Assembly: GCF_009834535.1 (NCBI RefSeq)
Contig: NC_045697.1
Location: forward strand, 65,846,001 to 65,910,000
DNA: 64,000 bases
Origin: Camelus ferus
Taxonomy: Eukaryota
Direction: 5' to 3'
A program made the position numbers and the translations under genes. Each line of letters starts with the position of its first letter. The stretch's first letter is position 1. The notes beneath the pieces are model-generated. The model did no database searches, was not told where the DNA came from, and saw only the letters and a program-made list of their open reading frames with translations. Shown here piece by piece: positions 11,968 to 23,700 of the stretch.

Positions 11968-12887
11968 TGTGGTAGGATGAATAATGAACCCTCCAAAAAT
12001 GCCCACATTCTAATTTCCTGGAACCTGTGAATATATCACCTTACATGGGGGAAGGGTCTTGCAATATGATTAAATTAAGAATCTTGAGATGGGGAGATTA
12101 TGCCTGATCATCTGGGTGTGCCCAGAATAATCACAAGGTTCTTTGTAAGGTAAAGGAAGCAGGAAGCAGAGTCAAATCAGGGGACCTGACAACAGAAGAA
12201 GATGTCAGAGAGGAAGATATTCAAAGACGCTATGATGCTGGCTTTGAAGATGGAGAAGAGGGCCATGAGCTAAGATGTGCGGCAGCTTCTGGAAACTGGA
12301 AAAGGCAAGGAAATGGGTTCTCCCCTAGAGGCTTGAGAAAGAGCTCAGCCTTACTGACACCTTGACTTTGGCCCAGTGGAACTGATTCCAAACCTCTAAC
12401 CTCCAGAACTCTAAGGAAATACATTTGCATGGTTTTAAGCCACCACATTTGTAGTAATTTGTTGTGATAGTCAGTTTTATGTATCCATTTGGCTAGGCTA
12501 TAGTACCCAGTTATTCAATCAAATACTAATATAGGTGTTGCTGTCAAGGTATTCTGTTCAAGTCTACAATCAGTTTATAATCTTTTAAATGAAGGAGATT
12601 ACCCTCAATAATGTAGATGCGCCTCATCCATTTAGTTGGAGGCCTGAAGAACAAAAAGTGAGGTTTCCCAGAGAAGCAGAAATTCTGCCTCCAGCCCACA
12701 GCCTGCACCCCTGCCCGAGTTTCCAGCCTGCTGGCTTGCCCTGCAGATTTCAGACTTGTCAGCCCCTGCAAACTCATGAGCCAAATTCCTGAAAATACAT
12801 AAGTATTATAGAATCTCCTTTTGACTCTGTTTCCCTGGATAACCCTGATCAAAACATTTGTTCTAGTAACCTTAGGAAATGAAAACA
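11968..12887 (+). mobile_element. MaLR solo LTR (MLT1C/D-like), split by an MLT2 LTR
   Basis: TG...CA termini (tgtggtagg at 11968; gaaaaca ending 12887), typical MLT1 body, imperfect 5-bp TSD GATAG/GGTAG. Confidence 0.85.
12463..12856 (+). mobile_element. ERVL solo LTR (MLT2-like)
   Basis: Starts tgtgatagtcagttttatgtatccatttggctaggct and ends aaccctgatcaaaaca. Perfect 5-bp TSD TTTGT at 12458-12462 and 12857-12861. Confidence 0.85.
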
Positions 12888-15189
12888 GGTAGCCAATAAT
12901 GGTATTGTTTGATCTATATAGCAGCAAAGACCAAAAGTAGGTAGGTCACAGATTGAGGTCAGACATCAAAATAAAAAAGCACCAATCTTCTCTTAGTTTC
13001 TATGCTTGAGAAAGTTTGAGCCAGTCAATGGAAGGGAAGACCAATTTCCCCCTGAAGAGTTCTCCAAATCTTTTGAAAATGGACCACATTAGTTTTACCT
13101 GGGAAATATAATGTAATATACCTAAGAAAGAAAAATAACACAAAACATTTAAAGTTTTGTTGAGTAAAGAGTGTGAGCTGACATGGATACCAGGAGAACC
13201 AAAATGCTCTCATAGAACTTTGTTACAGTGGGAGCATTTCAATGTCAGATGGATAAAGAGAAGCCTGCCCAGGTTAGCTGGACAGGGGGCCAATGAGTAC
13301 AAACACTGTGGTCACTTCTCCACTGCCTAAGTGTGTCAGTTAGATGGCTATGCTTAGCAGTTGTCATAAACCTCACGTTTGCTCCCTAAGCCTCAGATTA
13401 AAGGCCGCAGTGGCAGAAAAGGCCAAGTGAAAGCCTCTGAAAGTATACTCCCTCCAAGATGGTAAATCAGAAAAATGCCACCTATTAGATGGAACTATGG
13501 GGATTCAGCATTACTCTCTAAGGAGTGCACCACCAGCATCGTGTCCCTGTTTAACTTGCCCCTCTGACACCTGCAAAAGTCAGATGGATCAGAGCAGCTG
13601 ACAGTAGACTGCTGGGAACCTAATCAAGTGGTTTCCCCACTCTCAGGTGCCGGGCTCAGCTGCCCTTACCATGCAGCTATTGATCTGGTGGATTTCCCAG
13701 GAAGGATGGTGAGGAACAGTTTACATTCACGTGGAATGAGTACCTTCATTATCTTGACCCAGGGTCATGTTAACATTCCTGTGATAAAGGGACCCTGTTT
13801 ACGTGGAACTTCTGCAGAACCTCAGGCTGGTCCATTCTACTGATGGCATCACTTTAATTGGACCTGGGGAGCAGAAAGTAGCTTTATAAGAAATGCCCTT
13901 GTGAGGCACATTATGCCCCACAAACAGTGATAAAGGTACAAAAATCCAGGATCCTGCCACACTGGTGATGTTTTTAGACTTTCAGAAGTTTGTGGCATGC
14001 TAAGACACACCCAAAGAAATGAGCAAGTTAATACCCCTTGCACCTTTTATCACTAAGAAAAGCGTAATGCCTGGTAGTCCTTTTTGGATTTTGGAGAAAG
14101 CGCATGCCATATTTAGGAAAACAAGCTCTAACTTATTTGTCAGTTGTCTCAGACAGCAGGTAGCTTTGAGTGGAGCTTTGCAGCAGATTTAAGTGGTGGA
14201 GAAGCATCCTTGTCCCTGAGATCATACAGCTCAGCAGAGCAGAGACCATGGTGCTAGGGGTATTTGTGGAACATAAGGCTGCCATTTAGAGTCCTTTGCA
14301 AGCCCCAGTATGAGAGTCCCAGCACAGACCCGTATGGGCTTGGAATAAGGCTATGCCATCTGAAGCAGAGAACTATTCACCACTCTGAAAGCAGAGCCTG
14401 GATGCTACTGGACTTCAGCAAGATTGAAATACCAGCCAAGGGATATTAAAGTAATTGTGCAGCTGGGGCTGCTCACCTTGATCTGGATACCACATCAATC
14501 ATAAGTTTGGCAGGGGCAGAGGGTGGGAGGCATAATAGGCATCCATCACATTGTGGAAAAGTAGATTCTGGATTAGACCCAAGCAAGTTCAAGACAGCGT
14601 AAGTAAGTCATATGAACAGGTGTCCCAGACCCTTCCACTGCTGAGGGACATCAATGCCTCGCCTTCAGTGAGTGAACAGAAAGGGAACAGCTAACAAAGA
14701 AGGGAAAACTGAGGCCTGGCTCATGGATAAGGTGACTTGCTATGTTTGCCAGCTGACAGTAGGCCACCGTTGCCCTACACTTCGCATCAGAGAAGGCCCT
14801 AAAGACAGCGTGGAGGGGAAGTCCTGCGTGGTTCATTTTACCATCAGCTTTCTACGAAGAAAGCAATGGCCTAAGGTGAGTATAGACATAGATTACCGGG
14901 CTGGTTAATCAAGCACCGGGAGGGAGTAAGACTGGAAAAGTGGAGGCAAGGAGATATGAGGAAGAATCATGTAGATGGACCTCCGGGAGTGAACACAAAG
15001 TGTGCAGATCCTTATGTCCCGTACCAACGTCCGCCAGACACCACTGACCACAGCGGAGGCATTGGACAACCAGTGGCACCAACTCGTCCACTGGAAGTCA
15101 GCCAGCTGCTTCCCTCTGCCGCCCCAGTGCTGAACAGAATAGCCTCACTGGCAGAGGAGGCTGACAGGGGAGAGATAAACATTAAATAA

Positions 15190-15915
<726 letters not shown>

Positions 15916-16469
15916 CCCATTACACAAATAATTGTTTGATAGTGACCTAAAAGTGTAAAACAGGGAGCCAACCTTATTCTGGAGCATGAGAAAAGGCTTC
16001 CCTAGAAAGTAAAACCAGAAAGTTGAACATCGAACAGAAGGTAACTTGACAAAGCAGAGCCAGGCAAGACAGGAAGAGTGTAGCAGAAAATGGGTGTGAA
16101 GGCCCTGGCTGAGCAAAGAAAAGGGGACTGACCGTCTACACGGGAGAGGCGGAGAGGCAGAAGAGCCAGGGAGGGACCAGTGAAGCAGGGCCTTTCAGTC
16201 TGCGCTCAGGGAGCCTGTGTTGCTGTGGCTGCTGCTGCTGCTCTTGGCGTTGTGGTTGTAGTAGCTCCTCGCCCCACCCCTCTTTCCTTAGCTGCCCCCT
16301 GTTCAACTTTCAGGTCTTACTTCTGCAGTAAACATTCCCTGGTTCCCCAGATTAGTGTTGGTTTTTGATGTCTGTGTTTATTTTAAGAGCAGTGAAAACC
16401 ATTGAAAAAGGACTGGGCAATAGATGAGAATTTGGTATGGACTGGCATATAGATGATATATGTAGAGCA

Positions 16470-16806
16470 AAAGGAAGGGAAAGCATGCCACAGGACACTG
16501 AAACGGCCACCTGGAAAGATCTACACGGCGAGAAACTTAGGCCTCCTGCCAACAGCCAGAGCTAACTCTCCCGCCATGTGAATGAACCATCTGGGAAGTG
16601 GGTTCTCCAGTCCCAGTCAAGCCTTCAGATACTAAAACCTGAGCTGACATCTTTACTAAAACCTCATGTGAAACCTTGAGTCAGAACCATCCAACTAAGT
16701 AGCTCCAGAATCTCTTACCCACAGAAACTGTGATATAATAAATGTATGTTGTTTAAATCACTAAGTTTGGGGGGAATCTATTATGCATTAGTAGAAAACT
16801 GATATA
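16470..16806 (+). mobile_element. MaLR LTR (MLT1F/G-like), 3' part
   Basis: Characteristic ccagtcaagccttcagat...cccacagaaactgtgatataataaatgtatgttgtttaaatcactaagtttgggg...aactgatata ending. Confidence 0.75.
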
Positions 16807-17459
16807 GATACTACAAAACTGTGAAGGAGTTTATAATTCCTGGTGCTCAGTGAACCTTAAGTAAATTTAGGAGCCATAATGAATGCAACTCTAAACTTCT
16901 CTAACGAGCTATTGGTATAGTGGTAGACCCAGAGACACCTTGCTTTCACTTCCTTGCTGAAGGATAAATGGTGGTTCCAGAGATGACAAGAGAAAATTTC
17001 CTAGAGAAGGAAGCATTTAATCTAGACTTGGAACTTTAGGTTACATTTTAGTGGATAGGATTGGAAAACAGATGCCTGGATTAGCATATTGGCAGTGACA
17101 GAAAATATAAGTTCTGAGAACTATAAAGTAGCTGAATAGAGCACAGGGAAACTTCTAGAAAAATAGTTCTCAGAGTGGGACATCTTCGGGGTTTATTTAA
17201 AATACAAGCCCTGGGTCCCTTTCACAAAGTTGATTTGGCAGATTTAATAAGGGCCCAGGAACCTCTTTGTAATGACTATTCCAACTGGTTCTCATGCAGG
17301 TAGATGATCCTTGAAGTACAATTGGAGAAACTGTGTAAAAGGGATAATGAGACCTCAGTCTATAAACAAAGATTAGGACCAGATAACTGGGATTTACATG
17401 CTGATCTGAGCTATGTGGTTGATATATGATAGCCAGTGAGACACCGCTGAATTTTTAAC

Positions 17460-19430
17460 AAGTTTTTATTATGAAAATTTTCATGTGTAAGTACAAATAA
17501 TTGTCTAATGCATCTTTACATCACCCATATCTAGCAATTGTCAAGATTTTTGTACATTTGCTTCATTATTCCTTTTCAATAGACCTCATGTTATTTCATC
17601 CTTACATGCATGTAAATGTGGTTCCAAAGGTACAGACACCTTTTTAGATAACCACATTGCCTTTATCACAGCTGGAAAAAATTAACAGTAACTTTGTTGG
17701 TATCATATAATACTGAACTTATATCCACATTTTATCAACTGTTTAAAAAAAAAAAGTCCTTTTACTATTGAATCCGAATCCAAACAAGGTCCACACGTTG
17801 CTTTTTGTGCTATATCTTGGGCTGTCTTGCTCAAGAGCAATCCTTCCTCACCTCCCTCCTTCTTCTTTGTTGAAACTGAACATTTGTTCTATGGAATGTT
17901 ACATGATGTGGGTTTGCCTTTTTGCACTCCTGTGGTGTCATTTAACTTAACATGGTATCCCCCATCCTTAAGTTCAGATTCATTTTCTTCTTTTTTTAAA
18001 GAATACTTCATAGGGATCTGAGTACTTCATAATGCATGAAAAATTAGGAAGCATGGAATATTAGTGTCTTCTTAGGTGTTAAAATTGATGAATGAGTTCA
18101 AGTGTGACAGATTGATTGCTACATTGTCAAATTCCCCCAACAAACTTTGATTTAATTGTTTCATTCATTATTAATAATTGCTTAAATAAAATTTTTCATT
18201 AGAGGTTGCAAAATATTGATTTTTCTATATTTTATTTTTTCTACCCTTATTAGATGGAATTATTCTGAAAATAAATTTTCCAGGCGAACTGAGACCATTT
18301 GATTACTCTGAAATACCATTTATATAGGATTGATAGGATAAATGCTTAATTCTTTCTCATAATTGCCAACTGTTAAGGTAAAGTTACAAACAATAGTTGA
18401 CAATACTTTTTGGGTTTTTTTTTTTTTTTTTTTTTTTTTGGTTTGGTTGGTAGGTTGGTTGTTTTTCATGTTTGTAAACTGATCAGAACACTGCTTAAAA
18501 TAATTCATTTTGACTTGGAAGTTTTTATTTTAAATAACCTACAGAAAAATGCATTTCAAGTTAACATTCAATTTTTGGCACCTCTTGAGAAATATTTTTT
18601 GAGTTCTTGTGAATTGAATAATCATTAAAACCTGAGAATTCATAAACCCATTAGATACATACTCTGTGGCCAGGCAGAACAAAATTTAACTTGAGGCTTG
18701 AGCAACAACTACAGGCCTTGGTGCTTGTATAATACTTGGATAGATGTGAATAGGTAACTAGACATGTAAAGAATAAACTAAATATGCCTGCTTGGTTTTG
18801 TTTTCCTTCATTTTTATTTGAGACCATCGTAAACTTACAGAAAAGTTGCAAGCACAGTGTGAGGAACTTTTTACCAAGCTATCTGAGAGTAAGCTGAGTA
18901 GTCCCTAAAAAGGAGAACATTCTCTTCTCTTATATTACCACAGTAAAACCAGCAGAATCATGAAACTAACACTGCTCCCATCTATTTCCCAGACACCATT
19001 CAAGTTTTCTCAATTGTTCCAATGATGCTCTTTATTAGAAAAGGACACAGTTTAGATTCAGGCATCAGATTTATTATCAGGTCTCTTTATATTCCTCTAG
19101 CCTGGAATAGTTCCTGAGCCTTTGCCTTTCATCTTGACACTTCTAAAGATTACAGGATGGCTGTTTTCTAGAACGTCCTTCAGTTTGAGTTGGTTCGATG
19201 TTTTCTCTTGATTGGATTCAGATATGCATCTTTGGCAGGAATATCATACCATCGATGCTGTGTTCTCTGCATCCTAACACACAGCACATAAATTTGACTT
19301 GTCCCATTGCTGGTGATGTAAACTTTGATCACTTCATTAAGCTGGTGTCTGTCATACTTCCCCATGGTAGTAGAGTCCATCTTCTTTTATTCATAATCAA
19401 TGCATATTTTCCAAGCATTTATCAAACTTA
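17460..19430 (-). mobile_element. Fragmented old L1 (L1M-type) 3' sequences
   Basis: Antisense L1M 3'UTR-like blocks (tttttattatgaaaattttca..., aaacttacagaaaagttgcaag..., ggtgatgtaaactttgatcacttcattaag). Boundaries approximate. Confidence 0.55.
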
Positions 19431-19755
19431 CAATGTATTCATCAATCCTCTGTATGTAACAGATCCCGGCTGTCCAGGCACAGAAAACCCCCTCTTTCTG
19501 CTTAAACTTCCATACCCTGTACTGCGGCCGTCGTCCAGCCCCTACAGACACCAATATTACTTAGAGTTTCACAATCCCGTGACAGGAAGCCTCTGCAGAG
19601 CCTACTCACACTACTCAGCTCTGATCCCTCCCTCAGGGCAGATGCCTAGCTTCCTCTGCCCACCTAATGAAAGAGAAGGAACGAAAAGGGAAGGTGAAGA
19701 AAAAGAGCTTCCTGTTTATTCTCAGGGCAAAATAAAAGTTATTTTACCACAAACT

Positions 19756-19756
19756 A

Positions 19757-19817
<61 letters not shown>
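19756..19817. repeat. (CA)n microsatellite
   Basis: About 30 CA units with one interruption. Confidence 0.97.
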
Positions 19818-19820
<3 letters not shown>

Positions 19821-20049
19821 TCTCCAATAAGCTATAGATGTGTCTGTGTGTGTTTGTGTGTGTAACTAAATCCAGTCCAGCCCCAGAGATTCGTCTGTCC
19901 AAGGAGTTCTAAATGGCAGGTTGGATCAAGCCCCTGCTAATACTAGTGAGAACAACTTTCAGTCGTTTCTGGGCACTGCAAAACCAGGTTCTACGGAGCT
20001 CTCTCTGCTGGCGTTTCTTTTCACTCTCTTCCAGAGGACGAAACTCCTT

Positions 20050-20460
20050 TGGGGACGACAGGCATCTCTTAAGGTAGAAAGCCGCAATTGCACCCGCTGT
20101 TTGAGTCCCACTCCCGCGCCCCAGGTGCGGTGCAGGAGGGCGCCCCGAGGTGGGGCGTGTTGGGCGCAAGCAGGGGCGTGCCCGGGGCAGGGCGTTTCTG
20201 ATTGGCTTATTTGCTGAGAATACAGAAGGCGGGTCAACGCGGCGGCAGGGTGGTGCTCACCTGGGAGATGTTGCCTCAGCTTCGCCCAGACCTCCCGGGT
20301 TTTAGCGCTCCCGCCCGGCCGCGGCGGGGAGAGGGATTGGAGGGAGGAAAATGGTGGAGGAGAGCACATCTTAATTCAGCAGGGGTGGAGGGAGTTAGGC
20401 TGTAGTTTCTGGGGGTTTGCCGGGAAATCCACACGCGGTATTAAACCTGGGGCTCCTGAG
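20050..20460. promoter_or_regulatory. Upstream GC/CpG-rich promoter-like element
   Basis: CpG-dense; GGGGCGTG at 20152 and 20173, NF-Y-type CTGATTGGCT at 20198-20207, E-box CAGGTG at 20122. Confidence 0.5.
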
Positions 20461-20959
20461 GCTGAAGGGTAGGTAATTCCTGTACCCTGAGGATTCAGAA
20501 TTGCCCCAAAGCAGGCGCCTTTCATTTACCTTTGGGCACTCTCCGCTTGCTCCGCATTTAGTAAGGAATCCTACGGGGGTGTTGAAACTATAAAATATCC
20601 CTGCCCTAAAACTACTTGGCGGAGAGTTTTCTGCAGATTACAATCCTAGTTGGTGCTGGGAAAAGGGGACGAAGAGAATTTTCCAGGTAGGGGGTGGGGG
20701 TCTGTAATTTGGTACATAACTGTACCAGTTTCACTTTCCATTAAGAGACTACATTAAGTCAACCTGGAGCGAGAGATGAAAAATGAGAAACGTATTCTGA
20801 CAGGTTTTTTTTTTTAATTCTAACATTGATTTTAAATGGTGGGCGTCCTTTAGCAATTATATATCTAAGAACACACATATTATGAAAGATTTATATACAC
20901 ATACATGTATCACATGCATACATATACATATGCCATATACATGAGAGATTTTAAATGTG

Positions 20960-21500
20960 TGAGCGCAAACGGTGGGAGCTTTGATCCTAGTTTGGACGCA
21001 GCAAAGGACAGGCGGGCTTCTCTCCTCCCAGCGCCTGCCCTCCCCGCGCCAGGCGGGTCCAGCCTCGCCTAGAGCCGCTCACCCGCCCGCAGTCGCACAC
21101 GTCTGACCCTATTCCGACGGGGCGCCAGCCGAGTAGCTGCTCTGCATCCCGTCACGCACCCCAGCCGCTGGCGGGGTGACACACACCGGAGTCAAATTAC
21201 AACCCACAATTAACATATGAATTTACAAACTTAGAAGAGAAGAAAAAAAAAAACCCTAGAGCAGGCCCTTGAGCCCTCCGAGAGCAGGAACTTTTTTCCT
21301 CCGGGTGTAAAAACTCTTTGATTGGCTGCTCGCACGCGCCTGCCGGCCCCCGCCATTGGCTGAGCAGACACGCGACCGGCGCGAGGAGGGGGCTGGGAGA
21401 AGAGCGGGGGGAGACACACTGGCGCGTGCCGCTTTTTAAAGGGGCGCAGCGCCTTGAGCAACCGGAGAAGCTTCGTTGCACGCGACCTGGTGTGTGATCT
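20960..21500 (+). promoter_or_regulatory. ATOH1: ATOH1 proximal promoter (CpG island)
   Basis: Two reverse CCAAT boxes (ATTGG at 21321 and 21355), four class-C CACGCG sites (21333, 21369, 21423 reverse, 21479), and TATA-like TTTTTAAA at 21433-21440. Confidence 0.85.
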
Positions 21501-21633
21501 GCGAGTGGTGGGGGAGGGTCGAAGAGGGGAAAAAAAAAATAAGACATTGCAGTAAAGACCCGAGAAGGGTTTTTTGTTGAGCGGGTTCGCCAGTTCCTAC
21601 TTTGACCCTGCGCCTCCGAGCTTCTGCAGTGCA

Positions 21634-22692
21634 ATGTCCCGCCTGCTACATGCAGAAGAGTGGGCTGAAGTGAAGGAGTTGGGGGACCACCATCGCCATC
21701 CCCAGCCGCACCACCTCCCGCAGCCGCCGCCACCACAGACACCTGCGACCCTGCAGACTAGGGAGCATCCCGTCTACCCAGCAGAGCTGTCCCTCCTGGA
21801 CAGCACCGACCCACGCGCCTGGCTGGCTCCCACTTTGCAGGGCATCTGCACGGCACGCGCCGCCCAGTACTTGCTGCACTCCCCAGAGCTGGGTGCCTCC
21901 GAGGCCCCGGCGCCCCGGGACGAGGCGGACGGCCGAGGGGAACTGGTGAGAAGGAGCGGCGGCGGCTGCAGCAGCAAGAGCCCCGGGCCGGTGAAAGTGC
22001 GGGAACAGCTGTGCAAGCTGAAAGGCGGGGTAGTGGTAGACGAGCTGAGCTGCAGCCGCCAGCGCGCCCCTTCCAGCAAACAGGTGAACGGGGTGCAGAA
22101 GCAAAGGCGGCTAGCGGCCAACGCCAGGGAGCGACGCAGGATGCACGGGCTGAACCACGCCTTCGACCAGCTGCGCAACGTTATCCCGTCCTTCAACAAC
22201 GACAAGAAGCTGTCCAAGTACGAGACCCTGCAGATGGCCCAGATCTACATCAACGCGTTGTCCGAGCTGCTTCAAACCCCCAGCGGAGGGGACCAACCGC
22301 CGCCGCCGCCAGCATCTTGCAAGAGTGACCACCACCACCTTCGCGCAGCAGCCCCCTACGAAGCAGGTGCGGGCACCGCGACTGCAGCTGGGACGTCGCC
22401 GGCCTCCGGAGGGGGCCAGCGGCCAACCCCACCCGGAAGCTGCCGGACTCGCTTTTCGGCCCCGGCCTCCGCAGGAGGATACTCGGTGCAGCTAGAAGCT
22501 CTGCACTTCTCGACTTTCGAGGACAGCGCCCTGACGGCGATGATGGCGCAAAAGAACCTGTCGCCTTCGCTGCCTGGGGGCATCCTGCAGCCAGTGCAGG
22601 AGGAAAGTAGCAAAACTTCGCCCCGGTCCCACAGAAGCGACGGGGAGTTTTCTCCTCATTCCCATTACAGTGACTCGGATGAGGCAAGTTAG
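21634..22692 (+). CDS. ATOH1: Atonal bHLH transcription factor 1 (Math1), 352 aa, single exon
   Basis: Starts [20 protein letters not shown] at ATG 21634 (gcaATG). Contains the atonal b[60 protein letters not shown] and the Ser-rich C-terminus [11 protein letters not shown]. Confidence 0.99.
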   Translation: MSRLLHAEEWAEVKELGDHHRHPQPHHLPQPPPPQTPATLQTREHPVYPAELSLLDSTDPRAWLAPTLQGICTARAAQYLLHSPELGASEAPAPRDEADGRGELVRRSGGGCSSKSPGPVKVREQLCKLKGGVVVDELSCSRQRAPSSKQVNGVQKQRRLAANARERRRMHGLNHAFDQLRNVIPSFNNDKKLSKYETLQMAQIYINALSELLQTPSGGDQPPPPPASCKSDHHHLRAAAPYEAGAGTATAAGTSPASGGGQRPTPPGSCRTRFSAPASAGGYSVQLEALHFSTFEDSALTAMMAQKNLSPSLPGGILQPVQEESSKTSPRSHRSDGEFSPHSHYSDSDEAS

Positions 22693-23700
22693 GAAGGTGA
22701 CAGAAACCTGCAAAACTGAGACAGAAACAAAATTGCCCTTTCCCAATGTGCGGAAAGCCCCGTGGTTAAAGATCTCCGCACCCTTTTAATTTTTGCTAAG
22801 CGATGGTCGTTGTTTAGCAACGACTTGGCTTCAAATGGCAGCTACATTTGATGGTTTGCAAAAGCAGCAGCTATTCCAAACTTCCTATCGTCCATGTTGT
22901 TTGATGAAAGCTTGCTGTTGAAGCTGAGTTCTTTTCTCCCACCTTCTGCTGCCCCTGTAGATAGATGAGGTATAATTATATGTACTCCTACATAGCATCA
23001 TTATTCTAGTTCCCTGCTGCCAATACGCTGCTAAAACGTCGCATCTTCTTCTCTGTCGCTGGTTTGTGTTTAATTTATTTTATGCCCTGGGCATCCATCC
23101 CTGTGTGTTGCGCGCACTAACGTGTGGGAGAGTTAGTATTCCTAAGTTGTCTCCCAATATGCATTATGAAACGCAAAGTTAATGCTTCCAAAGTGAATAA
23201 CTTTTGACTATGGAATTGTTAGAAAACAAGGAACTTTGAGGTTTATACATTGTATAAACATACCCAGGATGTATAGCGGACCGCGAGAGCATTGGCGTCT
23301 TTTAGGAAACTTGGCGCACGCACTTTATCAGCCGCTAATGCTGAGCTCCGGGACAAACTCAACTGCCAACTGCAGACCAGTTTTGTTTCTGTTCTTGTTT
23401 TTTAAACACGGCCACTTATTATTCTTAAGCTCTTTGCAAATGTTTGTTTAAAAATTAAAATAAAAAAACCACATCTAGTAGTGTCAAAAACATTTGGTCA
23501 ATTTTATTTTGCTTTGTTAATGTTAGAAAACTTATTTATTATTGAGTGTTTGCGACCATTTCTACTTATCTTGATTCGTTTTTTTTTTTTACGTTTTCTA
23601 CTCAAAATCATTTTATTTTAATTTAGCAAAGCCAACTGCCATTGTTTTATGTATTCCTTTTGCAAATGGTAAAAATAAACGTGAGAACAACTTTTATTTG
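22693..23700 (+). other. ATOH1: ATOH1 3'UTR with polyadenylation signals
   Basis: AATAAA at 23459-23464 and at 23674-23679, the latter followed by U-rich sequence. AU-rich element TTATTTATT at 23532-23540. The cleavage site is inferred. Confidence 0.7.

Larger units (their letters stand above)
10545..15170 (+). mobile_element. Degenerate ERV-L class internal region (LTR16/ERV3-16A3-like) with gag/pol remnants
   Basis: LTR-end-like cttgtctcaggatctacttttgggagaatccaaag at ~10550. ERVL RT remnants near 13540-13640 resemble SPFNSP.WP.QK.DGSWRMTVDY..LNQVV. ORF 13628-13843 contains YHAAIDL and TFIILTQGHVN (cf. WYAAIDL, YTFTVLPQGYINS). Interrupted by MLT1 and MLT2. Confidence 0.75.

Noticed and set aside
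19198..19830. 210-aa ORF
   Set aside because: It runs from antisense L1 remnant through unique DNA into the (CA)n repeat (HT run) and has no protein-like features.
21574..21633. 20-aa N-terminal extension of ATOH1 in the ORF track
   Set aside because: It starts at a TTG. The known protein begins MSRLLH at ATG 21634, and nothing in the sequence supports non-AUG initiation.
21197..22746. Several 75-181 aa antisense or alternative-frame ORFs over ATOH1
   Set aside because: Expected from stop-codon depletion in GC-rich coding and CpG-island DNA; no recognisable domains.
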